Positions 33,818 to 47,230 of a DNA stretch of 64,000 nucleotides are shown here, in pieces. Below the pieces are notes generated by a model. The model had not been told where the DNA came from. It did no database searches and saw only the letters and a program-made list of their open reading frames with translations. This DNA is from Chrysomallon squamiferum (lineage: Eukaryota > Animalia > Mollusca): assembly GCA_012295275.1 (NCBI GenBank), contig CM022673.1, forward strand, positions 9,548,001 to 9,612,000, read 5' to 3'. Position numbers and translations under genes: made by a program. Each line of letters opens with the position of its first letter. The stretch's first letter is position 1.

Positions 33818-36078
33818 ATGATACTTATATACCTGTTTGCAGCATTTCTTTTGTTAAAGCACATCTTTGGAAGACCTATGACTAGTATTAGTAAAATTTC
33901 TCATCAAGTAAGTATTTAGTAATTTATAAAAATGATTTTTTTGAGGCTATCAATATAATACTCACATAATGAATGAAGAAATCGGATCGCTACTATAATT
34001 ACATCCACTTCTAAAAAAATAAATTAAAACTTAAAATTTTAAAATTAAAATAAATAAATAAATAATTAATTAATTAAAAATACAGTTGGTATTCATGGCA
34101 GATTATTTCCCTTTAACAACACACAAAAAACAAAACAACACTAAACAGCATCATCATCAATGGTAATACTTATTATTTATGTATTTTATTTATTATTATT
34201 ATTAATAATTTTATTTATTTATTATTATTATTTTTTATTATTACTTTTTTATTTATTAACATTATTTTATTTTATTTTATTTCATTTTATTATTTTTTTA
34301 AATTTTACTTAATTTTTTTTTCACAGAATTATAGTGATTCAAAGTTTTCTACGATTCAAAATAGTAAGTACTTAATCAGTTAATTGAAGAAAAAAAAAAT
34401 ATATATATATATAATTTGTTTATTCTTTTTATCTTTTTAAACCAACTTTCTTGTCCGTACAAACACATATACATGCATGTCGATATCATATACATACATA
34501 CTTGTACACATCTATACAAACACATGCATCACACACATACAAAGATATATTAAACAAAATTTTATTTGTAATTAATTTTTTACTGATTTGACACAGATAT
34601 GAGCCACAATGATAAAAATTTACCTGATCCTGTAGATCCGATGCACAAGATCTTTAACGAAATCATTCACAGCTTAAATACTCCACGACAATATCAAAAC
34701 GATAATGTTGAAAAGAATGTTAAAGAAAATGGCTTCGAATTACTACATCACCTTTACAGATCAGTTCCACTCAGTGAACAGAAACAGTTTTCTGCTCTGA
34801 ATCAGATTTTAAATATCGACAGTAAAATAGCTGAAACTCATCCTGCAGAAGTAGATAATAGTCTTGAGCCAGATCTAGAAGAGAATCGTAAAGAGATTTT
34901 GGAAGAACACCCTACATCAAACAAAACAGATTACAAGAAATCACAGCAGGAACCGTTTGACAATGACAATGAATATCTCTTTTCAGCTCTGGACTCGGAA
35001 TCAAAAGCTGGTGAAGACGTAATTGTAAATGTTCTTGGCGTAGATGCTGTAGAGGCCGATGTTTCTGACCACAAAGAACACGCGAAGGAATTCGATGATG
35101 AACAAAATGATGACACTTACAATAAGCCTGGTGAAAGAGAAAATGATTTTGAAAATAAAGATGAGGTGACAAATTGGTTTAGTGGTAATATTTTACTACT
35201 GAATTCTGATATTAACTTTGCTGAAGAAAAGGAAAACCAAGACAAAATGAAAAGAACAGATACTGAGGAAAAAGAACATCTCAAGGAACATTACAAAAGC
35301 AATCCTGATTTAAGCGAACGATTCACTGATCACATGGAAATTTCAAAGAGCAAACACAGTAAAAACCAAAAAATAAATAAAATTTTGCAAATATTACATA
35401 GTACACAGATAAACAAAAAAATCAGTAAAACAATAGAAAATGTTTTGGAACAAATCAAAATAAAATCTTTTACTAAAGCCAGTTATCTTACAGGAACAAA
35501 ACCCTTCATCAGTGCTACCAAGCATGACAAAAGTAATTACAATAAATCTTTTACGGAAAATGTTAGAAGTTTTTCTCGTAAGAATGAAGCTAAGAAGGAT
35601 AGTGTTAGAATTTTAGAAGATGTAAATACAAATCGCTATAACGGCGATGTATTAAGAAAGAAACGAGATGAAGAGGGGTATCTTAACGATTACGAAGATG
35701 ACAGTTTCAATGAAGATTATTTTGTAGCTTTTGGTGATGAACCAGATGACAAAGTGGTACAAGTGGATGCAGAAACACCAGAGTATGATGCAGAGTTTTA
35801 TAACAGCGCAGAAACAGCTTTGGAACAACTTGAATACCATTCAAATTCAGGTAATAAGCAGATTTTTCTTAAACTCTGACTTTTGTTATTATTATTATTA
35901 TTATTATTGTTATTTTTTACTGATTTTTTAAAATGTATTTATTAAGACTCTAATGATCACCTGTCACTATATAGTTGTGGTGTTCACGCATACGCGCACA
36001 TACAAGAGGCCGCTAAATTTTAAAAGTTTGAGAGTTTTCAATTAAATATGCTTCAAATAACCGTTACTTGGAAATGTA

Positions 36079-36156
<78 letters not shown>

Positions 36157-36437
36157 TATCTTAAGATTTGAGATAATAATAATATTTTAAAATAACATAA
36201 AACAATAACTTGGAACAATAACATTTATAAAAGGTATTCATTAGTTCATTCTGTCACTGGTGCATTTCATGTTTTGGTATTTAACCTTTCAGGCTATGCA
36301 GACTGGACTGAATGGGAGGACTGCAGTGTGACGTGTGGCACGGGTCACAGACAGAGATTCAGAAAATGTGTTCATTACGATTTCTGTAGTTCTGGCAACC
36401 TAGAAATGAAACACTGTCATATGGAACAGTGTAGATG

Positions 36438-36438
<1 letters not shown>
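33818..36438 (+). CDS. Secreted gene B: 508-aa proprotein with a C-terminal thrombospondin type-1 (TSP1) domain; exons 33818-33907, 34327-34363, 34597-35850, 36293-36438
   Basis: Signal peptide MILIYLFAAFLLLKHIFG, a long acidic then Lys-rich region, RKKR, an acidic Tyr-rich linker, then GYADWTEWEDCSVTCGTGHRQRFRKCVHYDFCSSGNLEMKHCHMEQCR (WxxW, CSVTCG, RxRxR, 6 Cys). The 1527 nt are fully in frame. Confidence 0.9.
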
Positions 36439-36488
<50 letters not shown>

Positions 36489-36816
36489 ACTAATAGTAAT
36501 AATAATAATAAAGGTTTGCTGCAATGCAAAATACTGATGAAAATTTGTATTGCATTTGCTGCAGAAAACATAAGATTAGACGGTATATTGGTGATTCACT
36601 GAAATATGATGGAATTTGTACTACAAAAATTATAATCATGACGATTTATAAATTTGTTTATTCATGGTCTGAACTGAACTAGCCGAGAAAATGAATTCGA
36701 TTAATTTAAGTATAAATTTGTCAACATTCTAAACTAGTTAATTATGGTTTTGAGTGAGGATTAAGAATGAAATATTTTGTTTATTTATAGCTTAACTGTT
36801 TACGTTGAACCTTTAC

Positions 36817-36871
<55 letters not shown>

Positions 36872-37213
36872 TATTATTATACAATGTATTAGTAAAGAAT
36901 ATGGTTCATTTAATCTAGTATATGTATATATATGAAATAAATTTATTTTTCATAATTGTTGTTATTTGTTCATTTATTTGTTTAAAACTTCATTCATATT
37001 ATAACTGTAATTTTATTTTATATTTTATATATAATATATCATTTTATTATTATTTTTTTTTTTATTATTTCGCGGAAATTCATATTTAGATTATAAACTT
37101 TTTTATTCAAATGGCATTATACATTATGCAGGTTTATCCTGCGAAGGTTAGAATGCCGATTTCTTTGTCGCAAAAGCAAAATATCTCTTAAATAATAATA
37201 ATGTATTTGTTAC

Positions 37214-37260
<47 letters not shown>

Positions 37261-37689
37261 CAAAATAATCTTCATTGATATAATATTCTGTTTTCCAAAT
37301 TTATAGTGAAGACTATCTCTTTTTAAATATGGTGGCATGCTAAGTGAATAAATAAAATGGCAAAACAGCTAATTAATACTTGCATATTTTGAAAGCTATG
37401 GTTACAATCATAATAAACGTTTATAAAAATTTAAGATAATTAGGCTTAATTCATTTATCAGTTACATTTTAAGCTTAAACAGACTTACTGAAATTCGTAT
37501 CTATACAAAACTGTGCTTCTAAAATATATATATATAGGTTATATGTATATATATATATATATAATCTGTCAATGACTTTTAGTCATAAAACTGTTGTAAA
37601 GTATTTTAGCCATCAGCTTTACGAAACGTAGCTTACCTAAAGGGACGTAATTCCTACGTGTAAAGTGATGTTAGCGATAGATTGTTCCC

Positions 37690-37722
<33 letters not shown>

Positions 37723-37882
37723 CACGATAACAATACTCCACTGCACGTTTTATTTTCTCCAAATGGTCAGAGCTGTTCCCCATATATTATCATTCGTATT
37801 CGTATTCGTTTAACTCCAAAAATATATTCTTTACGCAGATTCCGTAAGACAAGGAACAATTTATTTTATTTTATTAATTATA

Positions 37883-37916
<34 letters not shown>

Positions 37917-38375
37917 TTTATCTTCTTTTTTTTTTAACAGTATTTCGCTAACAGTAAAATCTGCCAAACGTTTTATTTTAAATATAGTGGTTTAAAATAA
38001 CTACAGTGTGTCAGAGAGACTGGTTATCACTCAGCAGTTACAGCACAAATATCAGGTGTCATACGTCGTATATGTCATATATAAATTGTCCTTAGGGGAC
38101 ACCTTTAGCATAGTTTCCAGTTGAGGTTAGGTTAGTTTTTGAAATTCCTTGGTATATGTCGTCATGTTCCCGTGAATATGCATGCCTGCACCAGATTTCT
38201 TCTCATATCACACTTATATGTGAAATATATATTTGACATAGAATAACATTTAATAAAGAATACAAATAAAATAAAATGTCGTTATATGTTCATTTATTCA
38301 TTCAGCTGAAATTTTGTTTTAAAAGAAAATCTTGCTTTTCATAACTGTTAATTTTGAAACATAATGATAATTTTC

Positions 38376-38460
<85 letters not shown>

Positions 38461-39299
38461 CATTTTAACCAATCCACATAATTATTTGCCACAGTGTTTA
38501 GTGATAATCAGTTCTTGTCACAAATATTATACAGTTTAGTGTCCTTTTTTTAAACGTTCGCATATATATATATATATATATATACGTTTTAAAAAAGGAC
38601 ACTAATACACACACGTTAGTATCCGCACGCACACCCGAGATACAACAAAAAACAACAACAACAACAACATAAAAAAAAAAAACGTACTGACACACTTAAA
38701 GATGTATACAGACAAAATATGGAATGAAAAATTTGTTGATGTATTTTTTTTTTTTTTTTTAACAAAAAAAAACAACACAAACAACAATACTAATAACAAT
38801 AATATTGGAATTAGGTTTGAGTGAAATTTAGTAATGCGGTTATATTTATTATTATGAAATGAAAACTAAATATTAAATTATGTTAGTATGTTAAAAATGT
38901 CCTGAAACCTTCGCCGTAGGTTTGATATCAGCCTTTAAAATCCGTGTTCATGACAGAACAATAAAATACAAGTCTGAAGTATATATGCTTTGAATTATGA
39001 CAAATGAAGTGCATTTATAGGCTATATGCACTGCAAAAATGCCCCCAAGCTCTATACCGGCCTAACCTGTTTTTACCTGTCTGCCTGACTAATTTAGTCA
39101 ACCTGGAAAGGTGTGCTTTTCAAATGTTCCGACAGGTGGAGCTTTCACAAAACAGGCTGTTGGCACTTACGATTTTTCCTTCGTCTTAGATGTCATTGTT
39201 AATATTAAATTAACATCACAGATTAAGAAATGTAAATTCAAATTAAATTTTAAAAACTAAAATGTAATAAGAAACATCTTGTGAATTTTAACGCTTTCT

Positions 39300-39900
39300 T
39301 GAAGATATCGTTAAACCGCTTGAACCGTAATATTACAAATTACGAGGGAGTAACTTCTTCGGAACGGTAACAGCCGATAAGAGGTCATATTTGATTGACG
39401 GGTCTCCTGCTGTGTGTTGAGTTTCTTGTCGGACATTTTCTTGGATTTATTAATCTAATTTCTACATTAATCCACATTCAGTGGTGAGTATATTGGAAAT
39501 CTACGCAAATGCTTTATATCTGGCTATTGTATTATGTGGTTTATTCTCAGGAACGCCATTAGTTTCTATCGGCTGCAAGTACACATATCGTAATCGTGCA
39601 TTTCTGGGACACAGCAGTGATACGATTTTGAAATGGAATGTGCTTTGTGTCGTTGGAAATTGCATTATTTAGGTAACTACAGAACCATAGCCCGTTAGCG
39701 CACGTTTTCTCTTTCAGAGGTTTTAATGCAGTTGTGAGAGGAATTATTTAAAGGCTGAGTTGTGCGCTTTTTAAGTACAATTATTTTCACCTGTTGTTTT
39801 AGTAGGTTGTTTTACCTGTACACTTCCTGTCGTGTCGCGTTGTTCCCGGTGCACAGAACTGTAACCAGTGTTATAAGCTTTGTCTCTCGACATCAGACTG
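39300..39900 (+). promoter_or_regulatory. Probable promoter and first non-coding exon of the catenin gene
   Basis: Last CpG-containing block before ~24 kb of CpG-depleted sequence. Candidate donor TAG|GTAACT at 39672/3 and ETS-type ACTTCCTG at ~39822. Confidence 0.45.
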
Positions 39901-40207
39901 TCTAATAATACAGCAGTTAGCAGAGGCTGAATTCATTGTATGGCATCTGTAAAATATATATATATATATTTATTATTGTTGAAGTTCATTTTATACACAA
40001 GTTTTAGTTTTACCTCTTTGATTATGTATTTTAAAATTATTGTTATAATAGCAGTATTAAAGTTATTCCTTTTAAGTTTTGAAATATCATTAATATTGTT
40101 ATATTTTGCAGGTATGATATATGATTTTATATCAGATGTTTATTTATGGGCAAAAGATTATAAGATTTACTTAACAAAAAAACACTCCTGCAATAATGAC
40201 CTTTTAA

Positions 40208-40272
<65 letters not shown>

Positions 40273-40457
40273 CCCCCCCAAACAAACAAACAAAAACAAG
40301 TTATGATTAAATATAAGTATATTTACATAGTTTAGCATTCGGTTGATTCATTCATTTTCACACTCACAAATATCTTAGTTTGGTCATGCTGTCAGTGATT
40401 GTCATAAGACTCATAGTATGTGGTTTATTTCTTTTCTTTTTTTTTTTGTTTATGGAA

Positions 40458-40600
40458 AGGTACACTTAAATGTCTCTTTTGCTAATCAGTAAGAGTAACC
40501 CTTAAAATGGCAGTATAAAGTTTCTTTTCTTACTACCCTGTATTACAGAAAAATCGTTAGACATACAATGACCATTTATTCCAAATACTCAGTCTAAATT
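40458..40600 (+). mobile_element. Degenerate SINE fragment
   Basis: TTTGCTAATCAGTAAGAGTAACCC...ATGGCAG...GTTTC...GTTAGACA, the same core as the other copies. Confidence 0.45.
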
Positions 40601-43600
40601 GTATGTGATATTTTTCTGCTTTATCTGCAGACATAAAAGATAAAAACAGTTTGCATGAAAATAAGTTCAAATTATTGTCAGATGAATATTCAAAGCATTC
40701 CTAATGTTCGGGTTCAAATCATAGTTCATAATGAAATATTTTAGAAAGACCTTGTCTTCATGATTAATGTTTCCATGCTTGAATGATCATAAACTGGTAG
40801 TTTTTGAAAAGTCTAGACAAAAACAAAAAGGTGTATTTCTGACACACCTATGTGTGTGTTTGACTATATGTTTAGATGAATGATTTATTTTTAGGCACAC
40901 TTTTTACATATTTTACAGTTCTGTACTATGTTGGTTTTGTATAGGAAGAGTACGTATATAAACAAGAGGTGATAACTTATCTTGGGTCTGTAACAGTGTT
41001 TTCTAGTTATTAAACCACAAATTCTAAACTGTGGATACAGTTTTTCCAGTTAGTGAAAGTTCAGTAAACATCACTGAAATCAGTGTGTTGTTTGAATGAA
41101 TGAAAGAATGAATGGCTTTTTCCTCATAACAAAAAGATACTTGAGAACATTCTTTGTAACTGAGAAAATTTGTTGGTTTCGTTTTTATGTTAACTGAAGC
41201 ATATTGTTTTTCATTTTCTAATTCTCAGTATCTGTGTTTTAAGTATAAAAAATCCTGAAAGATGGATTTAACAGATATGACATTTGCTTCCATATTTCTG
41301 TAATTGAAATGTTTCAAATATTGCCTACTTACACCAGAATAATTCGATATCCAAATTTAAAAAAAAAAAAAAAAATTAGTCTGAATACCATCTGTACTGT
41401 GTAAGAAAATGCAAATTTTCTGGTTGCTTTCAAGATAACTCCAACTAGGAATGTTAGACATGTTTGTGTTTTTCAACAAGGGGTCAGATAAGCATATGGT
41501 CTTCATCTCTTACATTGTGTACAGGTTGCTGTATACAAAAATGGTTTCCTGAAGTGTTTACCTTTCCCATAAATATCCTGCATTTGCAGCCATTCAGTTT
41601 AAGCAAACAGGAATTGAAAAAGCGTAAGAGACTTAAAGTGACCCTGTTTGCTAAAACAATTTTCACCTTGTAAATTTATGGAAGTTGTGGTAATTTTTAA
41701 CTAACACTTTCATGACTAATATTATTTATATTTAATAAAACAGACTTACTTTTATAAACCTTGAATTTATTAATAAAACCAAATAGGAATTGAAATTTCT
41801 TTTTTAAATAACCTTGTTTATAATTTATAAAAGTTGTTGTTATTCTTCATGACAAAGTTATTGTTTATATTATGCGAAGCAGATTAAATTTTGAAAGTGG
41901 TGGTATTAATCAAAGGTTATTATAAAATATAACATATTATATATGTATGTAATTAGTAGTACTTTATAGGTATTTAAAAAACTAAATGAGGAAGCAGGTA
42001 TTGTTACTGGAAATAAAATATCACTTTTAGAAATAGATATATTTCTGTTTAACATTATTTATTTATTTTGAATCAGCATGTCTTAAAGTTGCTTAAATGC
42101 AGTTTCTTATTTTTTTTCTTATTTTTTTTTATACACCACTGCTCCATTAGTTTTTTCATAGGTAGCATTTATTTTACAGTTCATATTACAATGCATTTGA
42201 ATCAATCATAGTCACCATGCTGAAATGTGTTACAAACCAATGTCTCTGTGTTGTACACATTAGGTTAATGTAAAAATCAAATGGTTCGTTTGTGTATTGA
42301 TCAGTTTAGCTGCCAGACCCAGTAGAGATTATTATAGGTCTGATATTGGCTGTATGGATTAGATTTGTGAAGTTTTCACAGTGTGGTGTAGATTGTGACA
42401 TTGTCTGTTAAGACTGCTAATATAATGATAAATACTGAACATGTGCATGCACTGAGTACCTATAACTAAATGATTGGTTGGTTATTGAATGATATTCCAT
42501 AGCTTGAGAGATCAATAGACTTTTTCTTTTCTTTGTTTGATTAATCCATGCCACGGTTATTTCCTGTTCTAGACAGTGCAGCTAATATGTCAAATGTTAC
42601 TGGGTGTATTCCTAAAGGAAAAACTACAAACGTAATCAATATAACTAATAATAGATTGGCAACAGATTTTTTTCATCTGAAACTTTATATAAATACCACC
42701 AGAGTTAAGCAGTTACTGTCAATAAACTGGATACAAGATATTCAACATTAATCTTCTGTGCATAATATTAAATACAAATGAACTAATGCATTGTTGTTTC
42801 TGCTGGTAAGCTGTTTTATTTATCATAACATTAATATTCCTTCAGCTTGGTATCTGTTTGCTGTGGTCATGTGTGGTATTTTTCTGTTCATACATTATAT
42901 AGGCTACATTACACACACATACACAGATACATATATACTTACAATCTGTTTATTCTAGTTGTTTCGTTTTACTGAGGCCCATAATACAAATTTGTATGTG
43001 ATTATAATATGCTAGAGACATCCATGCATAAACATGGAGGATAATGTAGGCATTCATCAAATGGTTGTTTGACAGTAAACAAAACAAAATGAAATTCAGA
43101 AATTTAAAAAAAACTAAAAATTTCACATCTAATCTGCAGGATATTGATGTCTGTCCGTGTTAACACATTATCATTCAGCCTAGCTGAGTCTGTGAGCATT
43201 TGTTTTAGTTCTATTTGTTTGTGTTTTCCCAGACATTTGTTAATAAAGAAGCCATGTCTGATAACCTTAACACATCACTGTCCTTCTTCTCTGTGGATTT
43301 CGGTGCATATTAACTACATTATTATGGTAATGCTTACAGTTTCTTGTTCACTATATTAATTTACATGAGACTGTCATTCCATCACAATAAATAAATATTG
43401 AAGATTTTCATGGTATTTTTGCCTGTAATGAAAGGATTGTCTGTGATTTGATTACTTCATATAAAATTATTGGTTATTGAGTATGGCAGTATTGGCACTT
43501 AAGTTTGAAAATATTATGTCACTGGTATTTTTTTTCTCATAGGAATCCATTTGTTCTGATTGTTAAAATAATGTTAGTGAAGTCATATATTTTGCCTAAC

Positions 43601-45742
43601 TTTTTATTTAATTTTACTCCATACTGAATATTACAGAACTAGATTTTTGGAATTTAATCATTCTTAAATGTGTACCATTGATATTTAATGTGTGTGTATA
43701 TATAATGTTATGAAATTGGATTTTGATCTATACTTCCTGTTACAAAATTGGTCTCAGCTGGTTATTGAATTTCTGATCCAAGTTTGTATATTGTAGATGA
43801 CAGCTTTTGTTTTCGAAAGGAATTTGGCCAGACGGTCAGTTCATATTAACATGTCAGACGGCCTGACTGACCAGAACAATGCAAACAGGATGAAAATAGC
43901 CAGTGCTATGTGAGTCACCTGTGCTGAGTAAATATCACTGTCCACAGACAGATGTGTTCAACCCTGTCTGGTATTGCAACATGTCATATACTGGTTCATT
44001 TACGTTCATCTCTGGCTTGTGTCCCTAGGGTTTTTAACACAGGACAGCAGCACTTAACTTCATTGATTCTTAGATTATGTTCACAGTTTGTGTATTAATT
44101 GGAAATATTGATACCTTCATTTGTTTCTGATTTTCAATCATTAAAATATATTTAGGGTTGGAGGGAATTTGTTTAGAAATTTGTATCAGGACAGTCTTAT
44201 TTTTACAACCTGCTGGCATGCTTGAAACTAAGATTTTATGAGATCATGAGTGCTGGAAGAAATTTGTGGAGCTTCACAGTAGATTATTTTAATAACAGTA
44301 ACGGATTGCATTTAATCATCTGTATATTTCCATTTGTTATTAGGAAATAAAACACAAAAAGTACATTAAAAATCACTGTTATAGTGACTTTCATGATTAC
44401 TTGTTTATCTAAACATATTGGAAAATCAATCGAGTAAAGTACAAAATATTTTTTATAATGTCACTAACATATGTTAATATATGATTATTTTTCAAAAACC
44501 TCAAAGTATGTTTCCATTAAGCAATATGTAAACAAACAAAAAAAAAAAGACTAGGAAAAAAAAAAGAAGAAAGAAATGTTAAGACTGGCTTTATTATTAA
44601 TTAGAAATATTGGGGTATTAATAAAAAAAATAATGCTTCACTCATTAACCATATTTCCATACATTTTACAATTAATATATACACCTTAATCTCAAACTTA
44701 ATAACATACAAACATATGAATTTGGTCTTAAAAAATATAGGCACTGCTATTTTGTTTTTCAGTCGTAGCATTGTCACACATAGAATGGACCAAGATGTTC
44801 TTATTTCATGTAGTGTTGTCAGAAAAAGAAAAAAATGAATTAAAAAAAACAAAAAATCAAGATAATTATTAACCTGCATCATGAACTTTAAAATGTGTGA
44901 AAGGACAAAATGACATTGTTATAACATTATTATTTTAGGGTCAGATACTTTGTAACAAATGATGATAATTCACCCCCAGAAAACTAATAACTTGGAAGTG
45001 CAGAGAATTTTATTATTCCATGTTAAACTTTATGGCTTTCCATGATCATATGAAAGAGAAAACCTGCTGCTTTTACTCTTTCCACTGTACCTTTCCAGAG
45101 ATGTGACACATACCACAGCTAAACAGGAAAATACCCCCTGAAAACACCAAAGAAGGTTGATTATGTTGTTAACACGCCTCAAATCACCTTCTACCCACTG
45201 TTTGTTTTTGTTTATCATTTATTTAATTAATTATAACAGGATAATAAAGTTTACTATATTACATGGCTATAACACAGTGCCAGACTGAATGGGTATTATT
45301 AAGATTTAATATGAACCTGGCGGTAACATGAAGCTGGATCATTATGCTTCACTGGAATTTTAAGTATTTGTATTTGTAGTACAGGTTCAGTTCAGTTTTA
45401 CCTGTGAAGTGTTTTTTTTTTTTTTTAAATTAATAATCTCTGACTAAACTGTTACAGTTTTAATGATGTAAGTGGGAATGTGATTAATTACCCCTAAGCA
45501 CTCAGGTGAAACTACATTTTATTATCAAAACCTTTTTTGTTAACGTCTGAGTAGGTGTACAAAGAATGTGGAAATGGCCATTTCCTGATAATTTCCATGT
45601 GTGAGTGAATACCTGATGACATCATGCCTTGAAATATATCACGTCTGGTAACATTAACTAATAATAATAAAAAAAGGATATGATTAATACATTAATTCTT
45701 ACTAAATTATTAGATATGTTTTTCTTACCTATTGCTCTCTCA

Positions 45743-45774
<32 letters not shown>

Positions 45775-46979
45775 CTGTATGTGTTTTGTCTTCGTTGTTT
45801 TTATCAAAAAAAAAATGACATGACAGAGAAAAGTAATCCACCCAAACTAATCTCTGAACCACAGTGGATATTTAATTGTATAATATATATATATATATAT
45901 ATTTTTTATTAATTTAAACATCAGCATTTTAAAGTTTACTTGATACAAGTTTAATTGATTTGTTTTCAAAAGGCTGAGATACAATGTCATATTTAATATT
46001 TAAGAAACTAGGACTGAAAACAAAATCAGTGCCAGACAAAACAGAAAATCTTCAGCACGAGACAGTAAATGTAATTAAATTTCCGCTACTCTCGAGTGAT
46101 ATCAGTGCTAAACTTGGGCTAAATGGATGCTGTCTGGTCTTAATGTGTCTGTCACAGAATTCACTCTAATACTGATGCGACCTTTTCACACAAAAAGAGG
46201 TTGAAAAAACCCAACAACAACAAATTCAATAATGTTGCAAACTGATCCCTTTTTTTTTTATTACAGATAATTTTATATTCATTGCATGTCACTGAAAACT
46301 GTTGCTATGGTATGTAAATTATAGTAATAGGCTCAGCTCAAGGGAATTTTATATTTGTTTCTTTGAAGTAGTTTTATATTTGTATTTAGTGTGTTATCAT
46401 ACACTCCCATTTTTATTTCCTATTCTGTCTCGGGCTGTATCTTTATTGCTTTCTTTATATAGGTGTGTGAATCATATTATGATCTCCGTAATCAAGTTGT
46501 TTTAGGTGTAAAAATTAGTTTTAAACTTATTGCTGCATTTTATTTGTTATTTGAATTAATTATTTGTACTTTAGAAATTTAAAAAAAAAGAAGAAAAAAG
46601 TGTTTGTCGTCTTGTCATAAATAATAATTTCCTTTTGAAGTCTGTTCATAAGAATTAACATGTTTGTGATCCAGAAATATTTGTCATTGTGCTCTAATGA
46701 TTTGTTTTATGACTGTTTTACTTGAAACGACTAATAGAAAATTTATGAATGCTATATTATTGTGTAAATCAGGTGGATAGTTTCCTGCTAAACTGACATC
46801 TGACTTTTAATACCTAATAGAAGATTTATAAATGGGCTTAAGTCTGTGGTGCTTTAATTTCAATAAATGTTTGATTTGCACAGGCAAATATAGGAAATAG
46901 TTTTATTATTTGTTATTAATGAGCTCTTGTATTAGTCACTTAGTGTTTGAATTTCAGTAGAATGTTCAACAAAGTCTTG

Positions 46980-47147
46980 TAGTTTGAGGTATTTTACAAA
47001 TGAACATGAACTCTAATTTTACAAATGTTTGATTAATATTCAGTGTACTCAAGTTTGTGATATTTTACAAATGTTCGACTTTCAATAGAGTATTAATTAA
47101 TATACTCAAGTTTGTAGTATTTTACAAATGTTTTACTTTGAGTAGAA
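46980..47147. repeat. Degenerate minisatellite just upstream of the catenin exon acceptor
   Basis: Repeated AGTTTG...TATTTTACAAATG (3-4 copies), two of them with TACTCAAGTTTGT. Confidence 0.7.
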
Positions 47148-47230
47148 AAAAAACAAAACTTAATATTATTTATTTATGATTCAGGTTGATGGGACAGAAG
47201 TCAGTGAAAGAGCTGGGTGGCTAGGATAAC

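Noticed and set aside
37637-37695. TAAAGGGAC...CCCCTTTAA mini inverted-repeat element
   Set aside because: Too short and imperfect to call from one copy.
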